Positions 13,286-25,645 of a DNA stretch of 64,000 nucleotides are shown here, in pieces. Numbering within the stretch: the first letter of the stretch is position 1; each line of letters starts with the position of its first letter. Position numbers and translations under genes: made by a program. The notes under the pieces were generated by a model. The model made no database searches. It was not told where the DNA came from and was given only the letters and a program-made list of their open reading frames with translations. Source of the DNA: Camelus ferus (lineage: Eukaryota); contig NC_045697.1 in the NCBI RefSeq assembly GCF_009834535.1, positions 61,010,001-61,074,000 of the forward strand, read 5' to 3'.

Positions 13286-15499
13286 GTGATTTGTAAACCT
13301 CTTGGTAAGGTGGGAGCTATGATTGTGCTATTTTTGTCAATGAATCCAATAATCCCTCTTTTAAGCAAACTACTGGAAGATTTTTTTAAAATAATTCTTG
13401 TTTTGTTTTTATTGTGGCCTCATACTGCATTATAGACTTAAATGAAGTGGTCGGGCCAAGTAGCCAGTAGGGAACCTCAGTACAATTTATGGCATCTGCT
13501 CACGTCTTGAGGCTGACTTCTTTTGATTTCTGTACTCCAAAAAAATGTTTCAGTTTTATAGGGAAAGCATAAGCATTCCCTCTCAGTTTCCTCCCTTCAC
13601 TCAGTGTGCTAGAAAAAAAATGTTTCTCACCTCTATAAATCTACAGATGGCACACATGTGCTATAAGCACACATAAACCATTGCTAAGGAACCCAGTCAA
13701 ATTCAAACTCCCTGGCTTCTCATTAGAAATATAATCAGTAATTAAAGTATAAAAACAAACAAAAATAATCCCAAGAAGATTGATTTTCAAAGTTGATTAA
13801 ATCAAAGAAAATATATTTAGTTGGGATGGTAGAAAGTTTATGAAACCATATTGAGATGAAGAAAGAAACTTACAGCTTTGATCCTGATGCTAAACATCTC
13901 TCAATCTTATGGTGATAGTTTCTCAACAGTTTGGAACAAAGCCTCATGATGTTACATGCCTTTTTTTAGGTTGAGGCTAAGTGATAAAATTTATTAACAC
14001 AGGATTTGGGAAGATGTTACTTAGAATTTACCTCAAAATTACACATTAGCAAATTATTTATTTTCATTTCTGTAGTGCAGGAGTAGCAAAAGAATTTTCT
14101 TTCTATTCAATGCCATCACTCTTTATAAATGTTTTCTGTTCTCTTTATCCCCGCTGACACCTACTACACCTTATTTAACTGGCTTTTCCTGCATTCCTCA
14201 ATAAAGTCTAAAGAAGTTCAGTAGGGTGGGTAGCATTTCCTACCCACCGTCCTCAATTCTATGGTCCCCCACTAAGTATTTCAATAACATCAGATTAACG
14301 TGAGGGATGTAAGACAAAGTTTGTTATATTTTTGCCCTCACAACTCATCACAACCTTTCTTTTCACAGAAAGTCTTTGTTTGATGGATACGACTTGACAC
14401 AAGCAAGATATAGAAAGGGATTTGGGAATTTTTCTAAAGAGGTTATTGACTGAAAAAGAAATTCAATATGTATTTATGTTGACATGAATGAAGGTTATGA
14501 GACAGTAACTGTTCTGAAGCTGCTGAGGTAGCTTTTCCTCAGCAGACAGGTTTTGTATATTTACATTTGAAAAATGGGAAAACTGTGTAATTTTATTGAT
14601 CCATATAATCAGTATATTCTCAATATTTGAACAGTTTTAGAATTCTATATGTTAAAATTAAGATTAAATTCTTTCCTTGATTTTCAGAATTTGGAATGTT
14701 TATTTGACAACATACAATTTTCTTATTCAAAGGCATAAATCCATGTTCATTTTTATAAAATAGTGAAATTCCTGAACTTTTCCCAACATAATCCAAAAGA
14801 ATATTTAATTAAATAATAGCTTTATACATGTCTATGAATTCCTCTGTATCAATTATCTTCTTTTTTTCCAGTTAGCACAAGGATGCTCAGGAGCAGAAAT
14901 ACAACTTCCTGATCAACAATCTTCCCTTGTTAAAGTTATGTAACAAAATCACTCAAAAGGAGAGACGCAGAGAAACTAAAAAAATTAAAAGAAAAAAATT
15001 TAAAACCTTATGATTATTTTGCCCAAGTGAAGCCATTTGGATCATTTACTTCCCAAAAGCAAATTGCAAAGTGAACTAATTTTCCCCCGACTCCCACTAG
15101 TAATGCTGACCTATTTGATGGAGAAATGGAGTTATGGGTATTCAGGATACAAATTGTTGGAAGGGTGGTCTCTCTCTTTACTTTCTCCCCCCCCTTTTTT
15201 TTCTCCTTCTTTTTCTTTCTCTTTCTCTTTCTTTCACTTTCTTTCCCCTATTTGTCTACCTACCTATATATAGAAATCTCTCTGTTAATTCAGAAAGCTA
15301 AAGAATGTGTATTTGAATTATTGTATAATTTTTTCTTTCACTTTTGAAAGAAATATTAGGATAAAATTGTAGAACTCTATACCAATTTTGTGTTCATATG
15401 TAGTTACTCTTACAAGTAATATATAACATAAAAACATACTAACTACTCATCTATTGCAGAATTATAAAATATTCCCCAAATTAAAGGAACTCCTACAAA

Positions 15500-15728
15500 T
15501 AATAGTAATAGTAGCTAACTTTATTGAGGAATTGCTAAGTGGTATATACATTATCTACTTTAACGTACAAAATTTACTCTGAAATAACTACTTTCATTTT
15601 GTCACTACAGGTGAGGATAGAAATTTAGAGAGGTTCCTGTTTAGTGTCACACAGCTAGAAAATACCAGAGCCGGGGGAAAAACCTGAGTCTACTTCAGAG
15701 CATTCTTTAGACACTATGCATACTACCC
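15500..15728 (-). mobile_element. MIR SINE
   Basis: 'aatagtagctaactttattgag...acaggtgagga...agagaggtt...gtcacacagctag'. Confidence 0.8.
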
Positions 15729-16189
15729 CTCAGGTATCACAGAGAAAATATTTGGTGAGAAGGATTTAAAAAGTAATGTCCAAAATATAGCTCAGTGATA
15801 ATGTCTTCTTAATTATAGAAACATTCAAATGATGATTAGTTTTACAATCTATGATACTTCTTTATGATTAAAATCCTTTTAAAGTAATCAAGTAAAAATC
15901 ATTTCTACTTTAAAATTCTGTCATCACAACAGCACAGTAATTTGCTATTGTTAAATTCTCTATTTGGGAATCATTGAAAGTGATGGCTATTTTGTTGGTC
16001 AGAACATATAATTGAAGTAAATGTTCCAAATGCTATCGAAGACTATAATTATACATGCCAAAGACTGCAGGATTTTGAAATTTCCAAACGGTCCCATGAT
16101 TAATGTCTATTTTTTCTGTCAGTTTCCTCAGTCTCATAATCACTCTTCTCACCAATGATGTTACTTAAGCCCTGTCTCAAAATCCTTTT

Positions 16190-16575
16190 CTAGACGTTGT
16201 CCTGAACTTAGATACTAGTTCTAAAATGTTACGCATTTTGCCACTTTTGATGCATTTATTTTTTTCTAATATCAGTAATCACAATGTTTATAAATATTAC
16301 TAACGTTTCCACATTCCCCTAACTTTTTCCTTTCCCTCCCAACCTAGAGGTAAACAACATCTTAAGGTTGGCATAGAGTTGTATCTTTAATATATTTTGA
16401 TCCTTAAATGTGTTATTTTATAAGAATACTTTGGATAGTGGAAATAAACATAAATGTTATTAGGTCTACCTATTCTCTTCCAATTTGCCTGTTATACTCG
16501 ATGTTGTATTTATGGAATTGATTAAGTTTATACATTTAATTTCAATTCATTTATTTTTATTTTAGATCATTGTGT
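16190..16575 (-). mobile_element. Old L1ME-like fragment
   Basis: 'ccaacctagaggtaaacaacatc...cataaatgttatta...ttcattt attttta'. Confidence 0.5.
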
Positions 16576-16584
16576 TATACTGTA

Positions 16585-17175
16585 AGTGGAAGCAATCTAA
16601 ATGTCCCTTGATGGATGAGGGAATAAAGAGATTGTGACATGCACATATAATGCAATATTATTCAACCTTAAAAAGGAAAGAAATCATACCATTTATAAAA
16701 ATGCAGATGAGTCTGGAGGACATTTTTCTAAGTGAAATAAGCCAGATATAGAAAGGAAAATACCACATGGTCTCACTTATATGATGAATCTAAAATAGTC
16801 AGGCTCATCAAAGTAGAGTGTAATGGTGGGTCCCAGGGAACGGAGAGGAAGGGGAAGCGGGGAGGTTTTAGTCAAGCACGAAGTTTCTGTTACACAACAT
16901 GCATTTTAAGTCCCAGGGATCTGCTGTACAGCATCATGCCTAGACTTTACAGTATTGTATACTTTAAAGTTAGCTGAGAGGTTAGATGCCATGTTCAATG
17001 TTCTAATCATCATCATCCTCATCATCATAAATAAGAGTTTAGGAGGAAACTTTTGGAGGTGATAAGTTTATGGCACAGATTTTGGTGACAGTTTCTAGGG
17101 TATATATTTATCTCTGAATTCATCAAGCCTTATATATTAATTATGTAAGGTTTTTTGCATGCCAAGAAGTAAAGA
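16585..17175 (+). mobile_element. L1MA/MB-type ORF2 tail plus 3' UTR
   Basis: 'gtggaagcaatctaaatgtcc...ctaagtgaaataagccaga...ggaaacttttggaggtgat'. Confidence 0.85.
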
Positions 17176-17209
17176 AATAATGGAAAGAGTGCCTATATAT
17201 TTCCTCATC

Positions 17210-17720
17210 AGCATTTCATATTTCGCATAGTTAGAGTAGAACTCTTGATTTCTCCCTCAAGCTCTGCCCTCCAAAATCCTTCTTATGTAACGTCGTACAC
17301 ATCATTATCACCACTGAATTACTCAGGTGAAATATTCAAAGTATCTACTATGGTTCCTCCATTTCCTTCACCAGTAACCAATATGTTAGCAAGCTCTTAA
17401 TTATCATTCTCCAAACCAAATCTGAAACTTGTTCATTTTGTTTAAATACTAGCTTGAAGAAATCATCGTCTATCACCTGGACTGCTGCAAACATTTCTTA
17501 ACTGGCCTCCTTGCTACCATTCTGTTTCTAAAATGTATTCTCCAACTAAGAGTTACAGTAATTTTTTATGATAGTAAACCTGATTGTATCCTTCCATCAA
17601 TGACTTCCTGTCTATTTAAAACACACACCAGCCACCCTACTATGGTTTAAAAAGCACCCAGTTAAATTATGGTCTCTCAGACCTCATTTGTACCTTTCTC
17701 CTGCTACTGCAACATGCTCC
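17210..17720 (+). mobile_element. L2 fragment
   Basis: 'aactcttgatttc...tcacctggactgctgcaa...ttaactggcctccttgct'. Confidence 0.65.
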
Positions 17721-20639
17721 AAGCACATTGCCCCTGCCTACTAGCCACGGTCTCAGGCTCTGTTTTCTAGATGGACACAAGCTAAGACATTGGCCTTGAT
17801 ATTTCCTTTTTTTTTTTTTAATAAGTTGTGGTGCATATATTTTATGAAGTAATTTAATATGCCAAATATATACAAATCATTTTAATTTTGTCTGGAGTCA
17901 TCCATCCATTCTACATTGTTAGAAGTTAATTATTTTCAGACTTATGAGGTAGTAGAATGATCATTACTACATATGAAGTATGATCAGTAATACTAGCCTG
18001 AAGATGAACAGAGGTTTTCTTTTTGTTTCTCCCCAACCCCACCCCTACCACCAGAATAAAGGTATGAAATACAACCAACATCCATGATAAATATGGACTC
18101 AGTACATGAGAAAATAATGTTTTCTTTGATTGAGATAAAACAAGACAAAGAAGAAAGAGTAACTGTAGATATTCAGCATTTCTCTTGCTAAGAAATAATA
18201 GCAAATTCACATTATATGGTTTGATAACAAATTTCAGGTGCTTTGTCATATTTCTGTCTCAATCTGAGGAACTATATTTCCACTCTCCTAAAGAGCTTAA
18301 AGTTAAAACATGAATTTTATTGTTTGGGAAAGATTAACATCCTAGTTTAAGAAGATTAAACTAATTTATTTAAACTGGTAAAAAAAAAATATGTATACAC
18401 ACAAACACACACACTTTTTGTCCCTTTGGGAGTATGTTTTATTTTTTAATTATTATTTCACTTCACTTCATACGTATCTTTGGTGCCACAAGATAAGATT
18501 TTACATTGTTCAGTGTTTTTTGGGTTCAAAAAGAAAAGCACTGATGTATATATGATAGAATCTGTTAGCATACCCTGTAAATGTAAAGGATTTTTTAGTG
18601 GTATATATTTAGAAACAGAGGTTCTGTCATTAAAAATCAATAGTGATATTGTTTCTCTGAAATACAATTACTCATTGAAATCATAAGCTAACAGTGGAAA
18701 AAAGCTAATATAAAAGCAAAAGAACCATCAGAGAACATTTAACGTGAGAAATGCATTATTTCAGGTAAAGTATTATTTTATTCATATTTGTCAGTCAGTG
18801 AATCTTTAAAGTGTGAGACAGTAGATTCATTTCTTAAAAGTACAATGATCTTTAAAGGTTTATTCAAACTTAAAAGCTAGGATATTTCTACTAAATCTAA
18901 AACTCAGCTCAAATATTGAGTATCCTTTGTCTTACACTGTACCCAGAGTGAGTATAATGAAGTTAAAAACCAGTTGCATTCAGTACTAATGAATAACATT
19001 CCCCATACATGAGATGGGACTAAACTAAAAGTCTAGCTTTATAATTTACAGACTATTTTAGGATACCAGTACATACCATCCATTAATTATCTAACCATCC
19101 ATGTGTATATTTGTAGATTTGGGACATTTAAAATTGCAGCAGATTAACATTTGTTTTAGTATAGATTTATTCAAGTTCTCTCAATTCCTTATTACAATGC
19201 CTAGTGCCCAGTAGAAATCAACAAGTATTTGCTGATGAATGAATAAACAAATGAGTTAAAGCTGAGTTCCTGAATATTTTATTTGTTTTCCTCTTCAGGT
19301 ATGTCTGTGAGTTGAATAACTTAGGTTAACTAGTTTTTTCCAGTGCTAATTTACTTCAGACACAACCATGTAATATTATATGAAATCCATGTTCGGGAAA
19401 GATTTTGATTTAAATTAACCGTTTAGGATGATTCTCACTGCATTATATGGGACCAAATACTCAAAAGGGTTCTGATTTTGACAATCTAGTTGTAATGGCT
19501 GGATTTGTTAGTAAGTGTTTACTTGGTAAATAACTTAACGTCATGGCTTTTATTTCAAGAATGATACCGAAAACTTTTAAGTTTGAAAACACCATTCCTT
19601 TTAGACATAGACGCAATTTCAAATACAGTGTCTACCCTTCCCCCTAATAATAGGGTATATTAAGTTGAAATAACTTTAATTGAATACAACCTGAAATGGC
19701 TCTAACAGCTAAAATTCAGCCTACTTGAAGGAGCTAATTCAGGGCTATCAGTACTGCATATATTCTAGTCCAAATTTCAACAACTTGGAAGTGTCTGATG
19801 CCAACCTTTCCACATTTCCACATTTTACTAACATATATATTCACTAAATAATCTTGCTAGTTGATATAAAAATGATGGTATTTATGACTTTTCCATATTT
19901 CCAGCTGAAAATTAACTTATTCTCACTTAACATTTCCTCTAGTCTGTCTTTCCTTGGTAATACATACACGTGCATTCCTCTTCCATGATGTCATCTATTT
20001 AGCACATTACTGTTTTTCACTCATGCGAAACTAATGATTTCTGATTGAAGTGGAAAAAAACACAGAAGAAAAAGCAATATATAAATATGATTTAAATTAG
20101 CATTTTATATTTCCTCAAATTCTGATATATTAATTTTTCTCATTTAATTCACTATTGAATATAGTTTTATTTCCCCCAGATAAAACTCTTGAAGTTATTC
20201 AGGATACCTAAAGAAAGTTTACATGTTTCTGACAAAATAATAACCACTGTTAATAAATTATTTTTAAGTAATATTATTAATATATACTTCTGTTATGAAT
20301 AAAAACCCAGCTGTATCATGGCAGACTGGAGGGCAGAATATTAAATACATTAAGTTGGTTCTATTAACATTTCTATATAACATGTTTAACTTACAATTTA
20401 TTATATTTATATGTGCATAGGTTAGAAAATGTATAAAACATAATTACAAGAAAACACATGAAAATAAACTGTAATCCCAATACCTAGTTGCAATCTAGTG
20501 TTACAGAGTTTATTTTTAAAATATTTCTTTCCAGCCTTTTTTTTTAATTGTATAATTCTTTATTTTCAAATCAGTATATACATCTATTCTTTTAGGAAAG
20601 CCAGATATAGATAAATACCAATTAAATATGACCAATATC

Positions 20640-21190
20640 AACATTTTTGTAAAATTTGGTAGTGCTATAACCTCAGATGTACAGAGGGATTATAAGACTG
20701 TTAAAAAGAAATGCTGTGTATCTTTTACCTAGACTAACCAGTTGTAATAATTTTGCCTATTCACTTTATCACTACTCTTCTTCTTTTTCTCTTACTCTTT
20801 CTCTCTTACTTTCTCACTCTCTTGCTCTCCCTCTTTCTCCTTAATAGGTAGTTAGATACAGAGAAAGACATTAATAAATAGATATACATAATTTTCTTGT
20901 TGAACCATCTGAGAGTAAGTTCTGTTATCATAGCACTTTACCTTAAATAATTCAGTGTTTAATTCCTGAGAACAACTGCATTCTACTGCATAGCTGTAGT
21001 ACAATTATTGAAACCAGAAAATTTATCATTAATAAGGTGTTATCATCTGAACTATAATATACATTCAAATTGTATGAGTTGTTTGACTAATGTCCTTCAT
21101 AATTGTTTTATTTCCCTGTCCAGAATTAAATTCATGATTACTCATTGCATTTGGCCTTTATTTCTCTTTAGTCAGTTAAGCCCAAATTAA
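20640..21190 (-). mobile_element. L1MC4/5-like 3' end
   Basis: 'tgaaccatctgagagtaagtt...cttaaataattcagtgt...tcctgagaacaa'. Confidence 0.75.
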
Positions 21191-21398
21191 CTTTCATCTC
21201 AGGTTTATTTCAATAGAATGTTTATTTTTTAATATAACCCTCATTTTTTCCCTTTTATGCATATCTCAAGGAAATAATTATTGCAAACTGAACATCTTGG
21301 ATGGTGTAAAAGAGACTTTGTATTGGGTTATAATTCACACAAGAGTTTTAATTTTTGATCCTGTAAGCATTGACTTGGCTCAACTCAACTCTGCCTTT

Positions 21399-21580
21399 CG
21401 GTGGCAGACACACCCTAGAATGAATGACCCCATGTTCAAGCCTGGATAATCCCTTCATTTTAGTGGAATCTGTGACTTACTTTTAACCAACAGAATATGG
21501 CAAAGGAGATGAGATCACTCCCTTGATTATGTTACTTTATATGGAAAAAGTGGTAGGGTGCCACCCCCATTATTATATTA
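21399..21580 (+). mobile_element. MLT1E-like LTR 5' fragment
   Basis: 'tgtgacttacttttaaccaacagaatatggcaaaggagatgagatcactcccttgattatgttac'. Confidence 0.8.
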
Positions 21581-21624
21581 TATTTTATATTTTTATATAT
21601 ATATATAGCGTGTGTGTGTATGAT

Positions 21625-22088
21625 TAACAGAATATTACTTAGCCTTAAAGAGGGAATGAAATAATGCCATTTGTAGCATCATGGGTGGATCTAGAAATGA
21701 TCATACTAAGTGAAATAAGCCAGACAGAGAAAGACAAATATTATATGATATTACTTATATGTAGAATCTGAAAAACAGTAAAAATAAACTTACTTATAAA
21801 GCAGATTCACAGATATAGAAAGCAAATTTATGGTTATTAAAGGAAAAGGGGGGAGAGATATATTGGAAGTATGAGATTAACAGATGCACACTGCCATATA
21901 TAAAATAGAAAAGCAACAAGGACCTACTGTATGGCACAGGGAACTATATTCAATATCTTGTAATAGTGCATAATGGAAAATAATTTTTAAAAAGATATAT
22001 ATGTATATAGGTATAACTGAATCACTTCTCTGTACACCTGGGATTAACATAATACTGTAAATCAACTATACTTCAATAAAAAAAAAAT
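21625..22088 (+). mobile_element. Artiodactyl-type L1 3' end
   Basis: ORF2 C-terminal coding remnant ('aatgaaataatgccatttgtagcatcatgg'), 3' UTR, 'cttcaataaa' + poly(A). Confidence 0.92.
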
Positions 22089-22559
22089 ACTTGCTGGAAA
22101 AGAAAAGGGACATCAAAATGATATATTAAGTGGAAATTAAAATAGAATCAGGGTTCCTGTTCCTAGTAACAATATAAATATGAAAATGACCCAAGTAATG
22201 GACTTGCCACCAACTGAAGCAAAACCAGAAGAAATTTAACTGTGAATATCGACTTAAGATATTTCTTGAGGAAAATGTTTTTGCTGGATAAACGTAAGGG
22301 GACAAAAAGGAGCAACTACCTTGGAAAATAGAATTCTCAGCCCAAAGAATTCCAGAGCAGGAAGCACTGACAAAAAGTTACTGTAACATAAGTAGATACA
22401 TGACTTTGAAAATTAGGTGATCTAGCTTGCAATGAAGGAATAGTCAAAATTTAAAACAAAGTAAGTTTAGTAGAATGTTCAAGACTTCCCTTGGAGACAT
22501 TCTTTTGATAAATGTGGAATATCTTATAAAATAATACAGAAGATTCAAAGATCACTTAG

Positions 22560-22830
22560 ATGGAATATAGTATGGTGGCTTTAAGTAAGGGCTCAAGAAC
22601 TAAAGTTTCCACCTTTACTACCTATGTGATATTGAGGAAGTTATGTAACCACCTTGAACTTTAGTGGATTTATCTGAAAGATCAAATTGATTAGTCTGAT
22701 AGATTAAACTGATATATCTGATAGATGGAAAAAATAAAAATATCTGCAGCATGTATTTATTCTAAAGCTTAAATAAGAAATCAGTGCAAAGCATGAATCA
22801 TGCCTACATGCAGTAGATGCTCAAGAAGGG
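22560..22830 (+). mobile_element. MIR SINE
   Basis: 'tatagtatggtggctttaagtaagggct...ctatgtgatattgaggaagttatgtaacc'. Confidence 0.7.
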
Positions 22831-24477
22831 CTGGTTTTGACAGTGATGCTGCTGCTGCTGCTGCTCCCAACTGCTAGGTGAACACTCTCCTTATGGCGTG
22901 GTGTTTTGCCTAGGTCTTCCCTAACGGAGTCCCTGGTCTAATATACCCAATATTAATGTTCATTTTTCTGCCTTTTTCCTCTGTAGTTATATTTCCCTTG
23001 GGAAACTCATGGAATTGTTACGAACAAATCTGAACACGATTTCCAGTTTGTACCAGACATTTGTATCTGGTCTTCTGGACTGACTTGAAACATTTTATTC
23101 ACTTCTCCAATTCCAAGGATTCCTGAGATGAGTCTTTTAGAGTTTGCAGTTTCTCTTTAAATCATTGTAATATAAAATACCTCTGTATTCTAACATTTAG
23201 CCTTACTTTCAATTTATTTTCCTCAGTTAACCAAGTATTCAGTGGTGATTTGTGTCTCTGCTCATTTCTACCAGAATTTTGTCCTAGTAGTTGTATCTGT
23301 TGAATTGATGTAGAAACTGAAGAGGTCAATGGTAGACAAGTAAGAATCTGCTCAATAGATAGTTCCCTGGAATCTCATGACTAGAGATCTGTGTTTATTA
23401 TTTTTGAAAACTTGTTTCCTAGAATTATGGTTAGACATTAGGGTAAATAGAATTCTACAAGATAAAGGTGGCCTTCTGTGCTCTTTTAGTCGAATGTTAG
23501 GGTTGTAGCAGTGATCTGGGGCTAGTTGAGTTTGTATTTGTACAGGGCAAGAAAGAAACCTTCAATTCTTCATCAATTTCACATTAAAGAGAAATTCTGC
23601 CAAGACTTTTGTAATCTCTTAGCTATAGTTTACCACATTTTTCCCATAAGTTTTTTTTTCCCCTTCCCCTTATGTATCTTTAAATTTTAAAGTTGTCTTG
23701 ATTAAATTATCCCAGAACATTAATTCACGCATGTGAACAATCTTTATTAATGTGAATTGAGCAGAACTGTTTGAATAACGGGCAGTGTAAAGAAATACAA
23801 TTAATGTACTTATTTTTTTATCATGGATATTAGTAAGAGTTTTGACTTTAGCTATCTCACATATATTTTAAAAATGGAAAGTGAGAAAGAAAGTAAAAAA
23901 ACTTAATTATTTGCACATCAAATATTTAGCAAAGCCAGCTACCTATAATACTGCACAGAATCTAGGCATGAATAAAATGGTTTGGGGAGCAACCAAATTC
24001 CAGGTGTCATATATGAATAGTAGCATAGAGTAAACTTCTTACATACGTGTCTTATAATCCAGAAGTCCAGAGAAGTGTTTGAGTTAGTGTTGTATTTATA
24101 TAACGGAATGCATTTAGAAAAGAAATGTTTAGGAAAATGGACACTGCAGTAATGGTTTTAGAGACACCATTATCAAAATCTTCCCTAAAAAGTGTAAGAA
24201 GATTCATTAATCGGGACAATGGAGAAATAAATGCACATACCTACTCACCTACTCATAGAGAGATACAAACAAGTAATCGTTTTCAGACTTGCTCCCTGTT
24301 AGAATAGAAATACTTTAAAAGTTTTCATCATTGAAAATCCCTAATCCAAAAATATCTCAATGTAATGTAAGTAAGCAGGAGACACTGCATTCTCAAATTA
24401 GTTTGATGATAAGGGCCCACATGACAACTCTGAAGACGGAATAAGATGCAGCACCTGTAGTTGTACATCAAGTGTCC

Positions 24478-25285
24478 TTGTAGCTGTAGGTGTCAGAGGC
24501 TAAAATGTCCCATAGTGTTCTTGTTTTGTCTCTCCTGTTGCCTTTGGGTTTCCCTAGAGATCTCTTCCTAAGTGTTATCTGAGCCTTGCAGGTCTTTTCA
24601 GTTGTAGTCCTCCTCCTATACAGGAGCCCTATTGATGGGATGGTAAGATGAGGTAGAGAGGTGATGTATAATCCTATGATTAGATCTCAGTCTTCTAGTG
24701 AGTTTATGCCTCTGGGTTGTGATCTTTATCAGTGTTTCTCAGCCTGTTTGTTTGTTTGTTTCCATTCTTATCTAGAGGGGACTGCAGTATTTCCATTTCA
24801 TCATGTTGAAGGCTAGAGTGGGCTTGAGTAGAATATTTTGCTACTGTCACTCTAGGCACATTTCAAAATGTTTACTTTTCACCTCCCCTGAAGGAAACAT
24901 GAGGGGAATTTTCTCTGATCTTCACCCTGAGAATTTGGTAGGGCTTCTAGAGTTGAAATTGGCAAAAGTATGGGACCCTCCCTGAAGGCTGAGTCTCCAA
25001 GAATTTTGTCTCATACTGGTCTACTCTCAGGTTCCAGGAATTAGTCACTTACCTTTGAAGTATTGCTACCCAGTGTTAGCTCCAGCAGCAGTTTCTGCTC
25101 CCAGTTAGGTGTGATTCCCTGTATCTGTCTCTCTCTCAAGTTTCAAGATGGTGGTTTACCCTGTGAGCTCAATTCTCTGACTAATATAAGTAGAGTTTCT
25201 GGATTCAGTTTGTTGAGCTGTTCTCTTCTTGTGAAGCTGGGAGTGATGACTTCCAAGTTCTTGATATATAGGTCTGGAAATTGGA
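24478..25285 (-). mobile_element. Ancient L1M 5'-end (5' UTR) fragment
   Basis: Reverse complement is homologous to 54405-55400 ('gagagacagatac', 'tcttacca'). Confidence 0.7.
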
Positions 25286-25354
25286 CATCCAAGGTCTATA
25301 ATGGACTATTGAATCTTCTGTTTTTGAAGACAATCCCACATCAGTGTTCTAGAA

Positions 25355-25645
25355 CTGCACTGTCCAATACTGTAGCCCCTAGTCACATGTGTCTATTGAA
25401 CCCTTCAGTATTGGTTAGTTTGTATTGAGATGTGCTGTGAGTGTTAAATAGAGGAGTTGAAGATTTAGTATAAAACAAAAGAATGCAAAACATCTCACTG
25501 AAAATTTTACATTGATTATATGATGAAGTGGTAATACTTATATATGTTAGATTAAATAAAACATAGAATAAACTTTCTTTTGACTTTTTTCTAGAAAACT
25601 TAATATCTGTAGATGTGGCTCACATTTTCTTTTTATGGCCCATGG
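25355..25645. mobile_element. MER33/MER3-like hAT-Charlie element
   Basis: 'ctgtccaatactgtagcccctagtcacatgtgtctattga...gagatgtgctgtgagtgttaaata...tgtggctcacatt'. Confidence 0.85.

Noticed and set aside
15590..15620. cag|gtgagg recursive-like site
   Set aside because: Part of the MIR consensus ('acagatgagga'), common genome-wide.
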